Virus record (IMG/VR): IMGVR_UViG_3300030514_000035
Span: 51,027 to 115,026 of that record
Length of the DNA stretch: 64,000 nucleotides
Origin: a virus
Direction: 5' to 3' (one strand)
Shown piece after piece: positions 51,460-62,200 of this stretch. The notes under the pieces are model-generated. The model was not told the DNA's origin. It saw only the letters and a program-made list of their open reading frames with translations, and did no database searches. Each line of letters opens with the position of its first letter. Within the stretch, counting starts at the first letter, position 1. A program made the translations under genes and the position numbers.

Positions 51460-54400
51460 TTATCTTTTGCGAAGTTTGTTTTCTAGATAATCAACCTTTG
51501 CACTTAATTCCTGAATAGCTTTGAACGCATATGCTAGACCAGCATATAAGTCTAAACCAATACCCTGAGCATCAATCATATCCATAGGCGCTTCTTCTAA
51601 GATGAAACCTGTTCTCTTCATCTCATTATCATTATCGCTGTTAAGGTGATATTGATAAACAGGTGTATCCAAGATTTCTTTTAATGCAGATTTGTATAAT
51701 GGCTCAATATTCTTCTTCCACTCTCTACGAGAACTTACCTTGAACTCTGAAGCGTAAATAGGAATGTAAGCATTATCATTCGCATTAGTAGCATGAATCC
51801 CTGCAGTTCCATCATCAACCTTTAAACGAGATGCGTTTGTTTTAAGGATAACCTCATTGGCATCAGATTGAATAACAAAGTTATTACCTGTTGCATTTTC
51901 ATGACCGAAGAATGATTTACGACCTGCTCCTGTTCCATCAGGGAACATCTCAATATATGCGTCAGCAGTACCAACCATCTTCAACATACCACCTGCGCTA
52001 CCCGAAATAGTAGTAACACCTTGCAACGATTGATTTCCCCAAACACTAAGGTCTCCAGTAGCTGTAATATTCTTAGCTGATAAGCCAGCATAGTCTGTAT
52101 CATTCCAGTTACGAATTTGTACAACATCTTCACCAAGTAAACCTTTGACAATTGGACTACCTAGTTTTAATCCATAGTGCGAACCATATTTTTTAAGCGT
52201 CACATCGAACGAACCATCCATAACGAAGTTAAAAGTTGGCGTGTCGTCAATCGCCAAATATGTTAAATCGTTAGTGGCATAACGTGTACGCTTAATAGTT
52301 CCTGCGATTGAGTAATCGATTTTAGAACCATCATCACCAAGATAGAAAGTGTTTCCTCGTGCAGATTCTAATCGTACTGCTGTTAGTACAGCACCAGCGC
52401 CAAGCGTTACGTTACCATTCGCATCAACTTTAAACTGACCATTACCAACAGTAATTCCATTTAAAGATTTGATATGCTTAGCTTCAATTGTACCATCTAC
52501 GATAAGTTCAGCATTCGCCATACGATGAATACGAATGTTATCAACAATAAACGAGTTGTTTGCTGTTGTATTTGAAGAGAAGCTGATCCAAATTTGAATG
52601 TATTTAACTCCATCAGGAACGACAAATGTACCTGATTTATATCCAAAGTTTTGGTCTTTAGTTCCTGTCCATGCTACAGCAGTATACCAATGGTTGTCAC
52701 TACTCTTTTTAGCATCATATGTCTTAAATCCAATGCGACCATACCCATCACCGTTAGTGTTGTAGTATCTACCCTCAGCACCAACGTAGAACTGTTGTCC
52801 TGCGGATACAGGAATAAGAGTGTCCATATATGCGCTAGAACTTTGTGTAGCCATTGCATCAATCTGAAAGGCTCTGTTACTACCATTTCCATAGGTGTAT
52901 GCTGAAATATCAACTACACGATAGTTAGTTCCGCCTGTGAATCCCATAGGATTTGAATTAGGTGTATCTAGTTCAAAGTCAGGATTTTCACATAGGTTTG
53001 TAAAGTCACTCATCAACATAGACTTAGCGAAGATAGTTCCTGTTGCAATGTTTCCGCCATTAATCTTTGTTGCGTCACCATTGTATTTCCATAAGTCTAT
53101 CTTAGTCTTGGCATCATTCCAGTTTGTTGCACCAGAAATCTTAGCATCAGGAATAGTTCCGTAGATTTTATCAGGGTCTAGGTTTCCATCGCTTCTAAAG
53201 TTACTTGCTCTATTCCAAACTGTTTTGTTGTCATCAACAGTCTTTGTAACAGTGTTCGCTGTAGTATTTGCCGTGTTAGCTGTACTTTGAGCACCATCTG
53301 CTCTTGACTTAGCGTCCTCACTAGTTGCCTTAATAAGAAGCGCTTTCTTATCGTAATAATCATCAAACTTTGCTCTAAATGTTGTAGAGTTAATTGAGGT
53401 AGTCGTAGACATATTCGATAGAATAGATGTCATATCTGTGTTTAGATTATTGTACGATGTATTAAAAGCATCTCTTTCTGCTGTCTTACCAAAGGTTGTA
53501 CCCATATTATAAAGAGTTGGTTTTTCTGCTTGGATTGTAGCCCACTCTTTTTTAAGTTGTACTTTTTCTAAAGGAGTCACTTTAGAGTCTGAGGACATAT
53601 CTGCAATGTCGCCTTTAGCTTTGTTGGCAGTAGCTTCAACCTCTTCGATGTAACCAGTTACCTCTAAAGGACTAGGAGACCATGAGGTAGGTTTTGTACC
53701 TAATTCAACTTGAAGTTCTCTAATTACAAATCCTTGACCATCTACGCCAGTTCCAACAATACCTATTAGTAAATTGGCATCTGCTACGTCAGCATTATGA
53801 GAGAAAGTAAAACTTACTCGTCTACTAATATTATCGTTTTGGTCATATACAGGGAAGTCATTTTTGACAAAGTCAGGTAGCTTCTTAATAGTAGTTCCTT
53901 GACCACTTCTCAGATAAATATAATCAAACGAAGTTTCAAAACTATAGGCGCTTCGAGCAATGAATGAACATACGTAAGTCTTATTAGCTTGGATAGGGAA
54001 TGTAGGAGTTTGAACCCCAATAGAACTCGTTGTAGCTGTTGGAGCATAAACCCTTATTCCATTCTGTTTACTAACAGTTCCTGCTGGAGAAAATGTAGTA
54101 ATTGTAGCTGAACCATAGGCTTTCCACCCTGAAAGGTCTCTAAGGAATCTAGTATTGTTGACTATGTTAGCCCCACCGATTTCAAGACCATCAATTGTAC
54201 TCTGAGCAGTGTTTGCAAGACTTCTAGCCTTTTCATTAATTACTCTATTTAGAATTGCTTTCTTATCGTAATAGTCATCGAACTGCGCTCTAAATGTTGA
54301 CGCTGTAACACTTGACGTTGTCTGCATGTTTACCAATACTCCACTAGAACCATTTAAAGTTGTATTCAAAGTATTGTATGCATTAACAAAGTTTGTCTTC

Positions 54401-56253
54401 TCTGTTGTGACACCATAGGTATTTGCAAGTGTTTCATAAGAAGGCTTTTCGGCACTGATTGTCGCCCATTCCTTCTTCAGTTGGACTTTTTCCACTGGCG
54501 TAATCTTAGAATCAGAAGACATATCTGCAATCATCAAATCAGATTGATAAGCTTTAATTTCTTCACTCGTAGCTTCTCTAATATGAACTCTATCATAGAT
54601 GATATCCTTAGCTACCTTAGCAGAGATAGATGGATAGTTACCCATTAGATATCCAGCCATATTTGTCCATCCAGTTAATGTATCAGTAGGTCTCACAATT
54701 AGCTTTCTAACAGTGTACCACTTGTTAAGGTCAGGACTAGTTATCTCTTTGTCAAGACCAAGTGTGACTCGATAAGGATTCATGCCTGTCCAATCCACAA
54801 GTAACCCTGCTCCACTTAGAGTTCCACTCACAAGCATAAAGTCAATTTCTACTACAAGGTACTTAACATTAGCCACGTTAGGAATATAGAATGAACCATT
54901 TAAGTTTAATCCTACATCTTCTGTTCCAGTAGCTATCATTCTTACAGCATTTCCACCAGTTCTACTTAATGTATTTTCTTTCTTTACATTAGTTGAATTC
55001 GTTGTGCTCCAATATCCAGTACCAGCAGGGACAGCACCTGTCCAATCTAGGAACAGTGGATTCTTAATCATAGAGCCAGCTATTGTATTCTTAGCATCTA
55101 TAGCCATGCTTTGTGCTGTGTTCGCACTTGTTTGAGCATTTCCAGCATTAGTGTTCGCTGTATTTGCTGTTGTCTGTGCGCCATCTGCTAAAGTCTTAGC
55201 CTTAGTTGAAATTACTTTAGAAAGGATCGCAAGCTTATCATAGTAATCTGCGAAGTAGTTTCGCATTGTCGTGCCATTGATACTACTCGTTGTCGTTAAG
55301 TTTGAAAGCAATGGATTCACATAATTATAAAGAGTTGTATACGAGTTCCCATAGTTTGTTTTTTCTGTAGTGATTCCATAAGTTGTAGCAAGAGTATCGT
55401 TCTGAGCCTTTTCTTTGATGATATTATCAAACTGTATCTTCAAGTTTCTCTTCTCTAAAGGAGTTAGCTTGCTATCATTTGACATATCATTAACGATAGA
55501 CAAATTGTACTCTGCACTTACTTCTGATTTAGCAAGTTCCTTAAGGTTGTATTGCTCTCCTCGACCAAATCCTAAGTTACCTTTAAAATCCATGTTGTAA
55601 GTAGTTTGAGTATCTGTATCAAATCTTAACTTCTTGTACTCTTCTACTGCTGTATAAACAGCCTCTGCAAAGTCGTAAATCTTTTGCGTCCAGTTCTTTC
55701 TGTCTGTTCGATTTGTTTTAGACCAGTCATAGTTTGTAAAGAATGCTTTACGTTGTTGAGATGTTAACTCAAGCTGTACGCATCCACCCTTCAACGTTCT
55801 ATTAGAAACATTGTCAGGCTCTTCTCCAATAATATTAGAAGGTGCGATTACAGCGTTAAATCCTCTCTTGGTCAGTTCTGACCAAACTGCATTACGTAAA
55901 GGGATGTCGAGACCACCAACATTGATAATCTCTGTATCTCCCGATGCACCATGCACTGCTACGTGGTTCATAGCATTAGTTACCATCTTAACCATAGTAG
56001 GTTCATCATAATGAGTAGATGTAACGTGTAAATCTCCATTGTTTGCAGAGCGAAGCCCTTCAAATGCAAAGTAGTTGTAACTACCAATTTCAGCAATTAG
56101 AGTGGAGAGTTCAGAGACACCAATCTCTATCCCTCCACCATGGATTCCTGACACGAGAACATCTGTATCGTATGTTCTCGTGACAATCTGCCAATCTACA
56201 CCTTCTACTGTATTTTGTTTCATTTCTGTCATTGAAGCATATAAATCTGCCAT
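51460..56253 (-). CDS. tail fibre/spike: N-terminal poly-gamma-glutamate hydrolase, helical repeats, CBM-like modules, C-terminal S74-type chaperone
   Basis: IHGGGIE, FEGLRS..N..LHVTSTHYDEP, VAVHG, VQLELT; 3x DMS.DSK.TP.EK repeat; SSRREWKKNI...Y.Y chaperone. Confidence 0.85.
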   Translation of the reverse strand: MADLYASMTEMKQNTVEGVDWQIVTRTYDTDVLVSGIHGGGIEIGVSELSTLIAEIGSYNYFAFEGLRSANNGDLHVTSTHYDEPTMVKMVTNAMNHVAVHGASGDTEIINVGGLDIPLRNAVWSELTKRGFNAVIAPSNIIGEEPDNVSNRTLKGGCVQLELTSQQRKAFFTNYDWSKTNRTDRKNWTQKIYDFAEAVYTAVEEYKKLRFDTDTQTTYNMDFKGNLGFGRGEQYNLKELAKSEVSAEYNLSIVNDMSNDSKLTPLEKRNLKIQFDNIIKEKAQNDTLATTYGITTEKTNYGNSYTTLYNYVNPLLSNLTTTSSINGTTMRNYFADYYDKLAILSKVISTKAKTLADGAQTTANTANTNAGNAQTSANTAQSMAIDAKNTIAGSMIKNPLFLDWTGAVPAGTGYWSTTNSTNVKKENTLSRTGGNAVRMIATGTEDVGLNLNGSFYIPNVANVKYLVVEIDFMLVSGTLSGAGLLVDWTGMNPYRVTLGLDKEITSPDLNKWYTVRKLIVRPTDTLTGWTNMAGYLMGNYPSISAKVAKDIIYDRVHIREATSEEIKAYQSDLMIADMSSDSKITPVEKVQLKKEWATISAEKPSYETLANTYGVTTEKTNFVNAYNTLNTTLNGSSGVLVNMQTTSSVTASTFRAQFDDYYDKKAILNRVINEKARSLANTAQSTIDGLEIGGANIVNNTRFLRDLSGWKAYGSATITTFSPAGTVSKQNGIRVYAPTATTSSIGVQTPTFPIQANKTYVCSFIARSAYSFETSFDYIYLRSGQGTTIKKLPDFVKNDFPVYDQNDNISRRVSFTFSHNADVADANLLIGIVGTGVDGQGFVIRELQVELGTKPTSWSPSPLEVTGYIEEVEATANKAKGDIADMSSDSKVTPLEKVQLKKEWATIQAEKPTLYNMGTTFGKTAERDAFNTSYNNLNTDMTSILSNMSTTTSINSTTFRAKFDDYYDKKALLIKATSEDAKSRADGAQSTANTANTTANTVTKTVDDNKTVWNRASNFRSDGNLDPDKIYGTIPDAKISGATNWNDAKTKIDLWKYNGDATKINGGNIATGTIFAKSMLMSDFTNLCENPDFELDTPNSNPMGFTGGTNYRVVDISAYTYGNGSNRAFQIDAMATQSSSAYMDTLIPVSAGQQFYVGAEGRYYNTNGDGYGRIGFKTYDAKKSSDNHWYTAVAWTGTKDQNFGYKSGTFVVPDGVKYIQIWISFSSNTTANNSFIVDNIRIHRMANAELIVDGTIEAKHIKSLNGITVGNGQFKVDANGNVTLGAGAVLTAVRLESARGNTFYLGDDGSKIDYSIAGTIKRTRYATNDLTYLAIDDTPTFNFVMDGSFDVTLKKYGSHYGLKLGSPIVKGLLGEDVVQIRNWNDTDYAGLSAKNITATGDLSVWGNQSLQGVTTISGSAGGMLKMVGTADAYIEMFPDGTGAGRKSFFGHENATGNNFVIQSDANEVILKTNASRLKVDDGTAGIHATNANDNAYIPIYASEFKVSSRREWKKNIEPLYKSALKEILDTPVYQYHLNSDNDNEMKRTGFILEEAPMDMIDAQGIGLDLYAGLAYAFKAIQELSAKVDYLENKLRKR

Positions 56254-56281
56254 AGAGTAACTTTGTTACCTCCTTTGAATG

Positions 56282-59200
56282 TTATGCTAGTTCTTTGTCA
56301 AGTCTAGCTTTCTTCGATATTCTCAATCCTTTAATAATGGTTCTACAGTCAGTTGCAACGTCTATTGTTTCTCCTGAGTTAATGTTTCCAAGAGTGTTCT
56401 TATCATAAGATTGAATTCCTTGTAGAACTCCATTTATGAACAAGCTATAAGACAATGTTGCTGAAGACCATTTAATTGCCACCCTGAAAGTGTCTCCTGC
56501 TCTAACGAAGTCAGCTAATGTAGAGATGCTAGTTGATCCGATGCTTAACTTAACTTGGTTTGTGCTGGTTAGAGACAGTGCCATCTTGCTTCCTGAAGAG
56601 TAATCCATTGACATTAGAGTTTGGTTTTTACCAGCCTCAATTGCATAGAACGCAGTTTCAATCGTCCCTTCTTCAACGTACACAGCGTTGTCAGTAGGAA
56701 TATTCAATGTCTCACCTTGTACACTTTCAACAACCAATCCATTCATATCGTAAACTGGCTCGTCAACTCCATAAGTTCTACCTTTATAGTCCCTTGTAGT
56801 TGCACGTTTGAAAGTTGGAGGTTTAGCACCTGAAGAAATACCACTCTCGTTAGTATTCTTAGTAGTCGATGTTTCAACCGACTCAACCTTAGATTCTGTT
56901 GCTGTAATTCTCTCTTGAGTAGAGTTATCAAACGAAGAGAATGTTACTTGACCTTCGATATCAACCTTGCTACCTTGAATCTTGACTCCCTCTGAGGAAG
57001 CATTGATTGAAGCTAAAACGCCATCTTTCTTAACAACGTTGATTGATACTTCATCAGCAGTTTGTTTAATTTGTGAAGCCATTGAATCCATCTGTCCACT
57101 AACATCTTCGGGTGCTGGAGACCAGCCAGTAGGCTTGTTTCCAAATTGAATCATAAAGTTAGAGATTGTGATTTTTGCCCCACTAGTAACATTGTCTAAT
57201 CTCATATTAACTGCAGTGAATGGGTTGCCTGTTATTGTTCTAGTCACTGAATAACTACCACTCATATTAGAAGATGATAATGTTACTCTATCCGCAATCA
57301 TTGAATAAGGGTTGCTACCTTGCATATAGAAAGTACCTGAAGGTGAAGCTACTCCCTCAACTTTCCAATCGAAAGTAACAGTAATTTCTTTACCCATGAT
57401 TTGTTGTGAGTTTCCTCCAACAAAATTATAGATATTCATTGTTTGGTTAGTGATATTTGTTCCAGTGATAGATTTTGCAGTAGCAGTACCAAGTACTAAG
57501 TTTCTTCCACCGACTGAAATACCATCAACTTTGTTACTCACGTTTGTTACAGTGCTAGTAATGCTATCTGTAGTCTGTTTAATTTCACTCTTAGCATTTG
57601 TAACCGCAGTACTAATCTTTCCATCTGCCTCTGTCTTCGTGTATACATCTGTCTTCTCAGCCTTAGAAGTTATCGAACTATTAAGCTGACTAATAGATGT
57701 CGAATGACTAGATAGCGTTTGACCCTGAGTCGTTGTAGTAGACTCTAATGTTGCTACGTCAGAAGCGATAGAATCAGTTGTGATTTTGATACTAGCCTTC
57801 GCATCGTTAACAGCAGTTGTTACTTTTCCATCGGCTTCACTCTTCGTGTATACATCTGACTTATTAGCCTTCAATGTAATATCACTAGACGTTTGGTCGA
57901 TAGTAGTTTGCATTGCAGTTAACTTAGTCTCCAATCCATCTACCTGACTTTGTGGTGTGACTTTAGTGACTCTCACATCAGTGAAGTACCAGTTACCATA
58001 GCTTGAAGATGCATTAATCTGAGAGAAGAACCTAGCTTTCGTTTTCCCAGCAGGGATTGTATATACTTGTTTGAAGTACTGCCACGTTCCAGCGCCTTTG
58101 CTCATATGACCACTTACAAGCCAAAGGTTAGTTCCAGCATTATCTTGAGTATTTAATCCAAGACCAAAGTTTTGAGCACTGTCTGTACTTGCAATCCATC
58201 CCTCAACAATAAACTTGTCTCCTTCTTTTACAGAGAAGAAATCGCTAATATAGTTATCTCTACTAGTCTGCCTTCCTACATAACTCTTAGGTGCGCCTGT
58301 AGGTACTCCTGCATCTGTAGAAGCGAAAGCAGTAGCATTTGTATAGTAAGTGTTCTTCTTACCTTCAAATGAAGGGTTAGGGTTATAGTTAGTCGAATCG
58401 GTATTTAGAGAGACCTTGTCATTTAATACATCAAATGTGGTCTGAGCAACTTTAGTAGCAATGTTGTCGTTAGCTACAGTCAGGCTTGACTCAGCATTTG
58501 TCACACGAGTGACTAACGCATTAAACGTTGAGTTATCAGTTTTACCAGCCAATAGATTACCAGCTTCTGTCTTGGTATAGACATCAGTCTTATTAGCTTT
58601 TAAAGTGATCGCTTCATTGGTTTGTTGAATCTGAGTTCCTTGGTTAGAAATCTGTAATTCAACAGCATCAATTTGACCGTCAATCTCGCTCTTAGTGTAT
58701 GTTGTAGCTTTGTCAGCTTTAAGAGTGATCGCTTCTGCAGTTTGAGTAATAGATGTTTCAGCACTTGTCATTCTTTGACCTAGAGCAGTTAAATCGCCTT
58801 TAATATCCTCGACTGCTGGAGTCCATGTTGTTTCCTTGTTACCAAATTCAATCTTCAGATTAGAAATCGTAACTGCTCCATTCAATCCATCCAATCTTGC
58901 TTGGATACTCTTTGCAGTACCATCGGTAGGTTGAGTCACTGTCTTAGAGAAGTGTTTTTTAGTAGTTCCTACGTCAACCGAACCACTTAGATATCCCCAA
59001 GGAGTACCACTCCACTGAACAATAAGTTTTCCACTTGCAGTGGAAACAGCATCAAACGAAATTGTAATCTCTTTTCCTGCAACAAGACTAAAGTCTAAGT
59101 CATAAAGATTGGTTGTTTGGTTCGTTCCACCTGTACCTGTTGCAGTCTTAGGAGTTTCAGTTCCGAGCGCTAAGTTTCTACCACCTACAGATAATGCATC

Positions 59201-62200
59201 AAATTCAGTCTTTGTAACACGCTGAGTAATTTGGTCTGCTTGCAATTCAATTGAAGCTTCTGCATCAGATAATCTTCCAGTAACCTCATCCAGTTCAGTC
59301 TTCTCAGCTTTTAACAAGATTGAATCTTGAGTTAGCGAGATTTGAGTTTCAGAATCAGTAATACGTTGGTCTAAACCATCAATAATCTGTTCATCAACTT
59401 TTAAAGAAATACTCTCGTTTAACTGTTGGATCAGTGTTTGCTGGTCTTTAACAGTGTTGTTTAAAAGGTTGTAATCTGTTGTACTAACCTTTTGAGTAAT
59501 CTCATCTTTTAACTGAACGATATCAGACTCTGCAGTTGTTAACTTTTGAGAGTAAGCATTGAAATCAGTCTGAGACACCTTAGAATTGATTTGGTCAGTA
59601 TGAAGAGTGATTGAAGCTTCTGCATCAGAGATTCGATTACCCATAGCAGTTACCTCAGTTTTAGTTGCTCTAAGAGCAATATCACTTGCATTCTGAATGA
59701 TAGAAGTTTCAGCTTGAGTTAAGCGTGTTTCATTCTTATCTCCCACACCAATTACTGAAGTCATCTTGTCTACGTTATCTGAAAGTTTGAGACCAAGTTG
59801 CACAGACTCTCCACCTGAATATTCATGATGAAGGATTTCTAAAGTGTTCCATCCTGCTCTGAAAGCCACAGCAACAGGTAGTGCGCTAGTTGCGCTTCCT
59901 CTCGCCATAATACTACCACCATTAAGGAAGATGCTTGCTCCATCGTCATTAGTAACACTTAGATTCACAGTCTTCGCTGTGTTCATATAGATATTCGTGA
60001 AGTAGTGTCCGATATATCCATCACCAGTAAATGGTTGAAGTCTAGAGTTATCAGCGTAATCAATAACTGAAACAGGTGTCTTACCTTTGATATGAGCGAA
60101 TATAGGTATTGCTCCAGCAGAACCTAGATTTACATCATATCTACTAGCTACCCATTTGTTCACACCGACAGCATTGTCCATTTCAGTTTTCGTAACTCTC
60201 TGAGCAATTTGATTAGCGTTCACTTCGATTTTACCCTCGGCAGTACCAACTCTCGTTCCTAAATCAGAAACAGATTGTGCGCTTGCTTTAAGGGTGATCG
60301 CATCCTTATTAGCAGTAATTTGTGTTTCTGCTGTAGATACTCTTCCTTCTAATCCACCAATGTCGTTTTGAACCTCTTGGACAGTTAAATCAAATCCATC
60401 TGCTCTTTGGTCAAGCGTAGAAATTTGACTAGTATGACTAGAGACTGTTCCATCGATATCATTGATAGTAGTTTGTTGGTTAGAAGCTGTTTGCTTAATT
60501 CCATTTATATCAATATCAATCGAAGACATCTTATTGTTATAAGTTGTCGTATCTAGTTTTCCACCAAGCTTTGAATCTACTTCTGTCTTTTTGTAAACAT
60601 CAGTTGCGTTAGCCTTAAGGTTAATAGAAGTTGTATGCTGACCAATTGTGGTTTCTGCATTAGAAATTCTAGTTCCTTGACCATCCACAGTTGTACTTAA
60701 GCTTGACACTGTTTGCGAGATACTATCTGCCTTTTGGTCAACATTAGAGATACTTTGATTTACAGAATCAAACTGTGCATCTGTATCTAAGAAACTTGGA
60801 GACCAATCAGTAACCCTCGTTCCACGAACCATCATTAAGTGAGAGACCCAAAGTTTACCATTACGTTGTAGCCAAACCCTAGCATTCGCCTTTACAGTTC
60901 CTGCTGGTGCTGTAATGTTTTCTGTAGTAACCTTTTGCCATTGGTCTAATTTCGATAAGTTAGGCTTTGAAGTTGCAGTTGCAAGAGCACTTATTCTCGT
61001 TCCATCTGCTTTATAGAATTGCATTTCAAGGGTAGGAGCGCTCCCATCAATTCCATGTCCTGTAGGAATATATACTTCTGCACTGGCTGAGAATACCTCC
61101 CCTTCTTTCGCTTCAATGAGAGTAGGATTAGCACTTCTCCATGCATCTCCAGTTAATCCTGATACATCATACTTAAATGTATTTAATCCTTTATTCAGGA
61201 ACGATGTATCTCTCGTTACTCCTGCTCCAAGAGAAAAGTAAGAAGCATCTTTCTTAATAGCTGTATTTCTTAAGATGTTCCCTGCACCAATTTGCATATT
61301 GTTAATCTTAGAATCTACATTAGATACGCTTTGACTAATCCCATCAGTTGTTACTTTGATTTCAGCTTTGGCATTATTTACAGCAGTTGAAACTTTGTTG
61401 TCGGCTTCAGTCTTTGTATAAACATTGCTTGCCTCAGCCTTCAGTGCGATACTACTATTTAACTGAGTAATACTAGTCCCTTGACTAGAGATTGTTCTCC
61501 CTTGCTCATCTACAGTGTCACTTAAAGATGATACAGATTGTTCAATACTATTTGCTTTTTGTGTTACTGTCGATACATTTTGTTTAGTAGTTCCTAAATC
61601 ATTTGAGATATCAGATACTTCTTGTGTGATCCCATCGATGTCTAGTTCAATCTGAGCAACCTTATTGTTGTAAGTTGAATTATCCACCTTGCCACTCAGT
61701 TTGGAGTCTGCTTCTCCTTTTGTATAGACGTTGCTTGCTTCAGCTTTTAAAGCGATAGAACTCGCATGCTGAGCGATTGTAGTTCCTTGAGTTGTGACAG
61801 TTCCTTCAAGAGTATCGAAGTCACTCTGTTCAACCTTAGACTCAATAGCATCTGCATTAATCTGAATACTTGCCTCTGCAACGCTTAGTCTATCTTCTGA
61901 TTCACTAGTTCTATTCGCAAGTAAAGTAATGTCAGACTTAGTTTGAAGAATCTCTGTTTCTTGTACAGCCATTTGCTGAGTAGTTTGGTCATACTCTGAG
62001 TACTCAACCTTTTGCGAGATTGAATCTGCAAGCTGTTCAATAGAAGATTGTTGATTTACCAATCTGCTATCATGGTCTCCTAGAGTAGTGTTAATCTTGG
62101 ATACATCTTGTTTGATTCCATCTGTCGTTACTTGAATCTCAGATTTTGCACTACTTACTGCTGTGTTGATTTTCCCATCAGCCTCAGTTTTAGTATAAAC

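Noticed and set aside
1992-58372. Many 60-200 aa ORFs antisense to or nested in long genes (e.g. 4212-4559, 15436-15747, 17169-17546, 39321-39740, 42664-43284, 45372-45749)
   Set aside because: They are shadows of well-supported genes, with no RBS, unnatural Ser/Leu-rich composition and no motifs.
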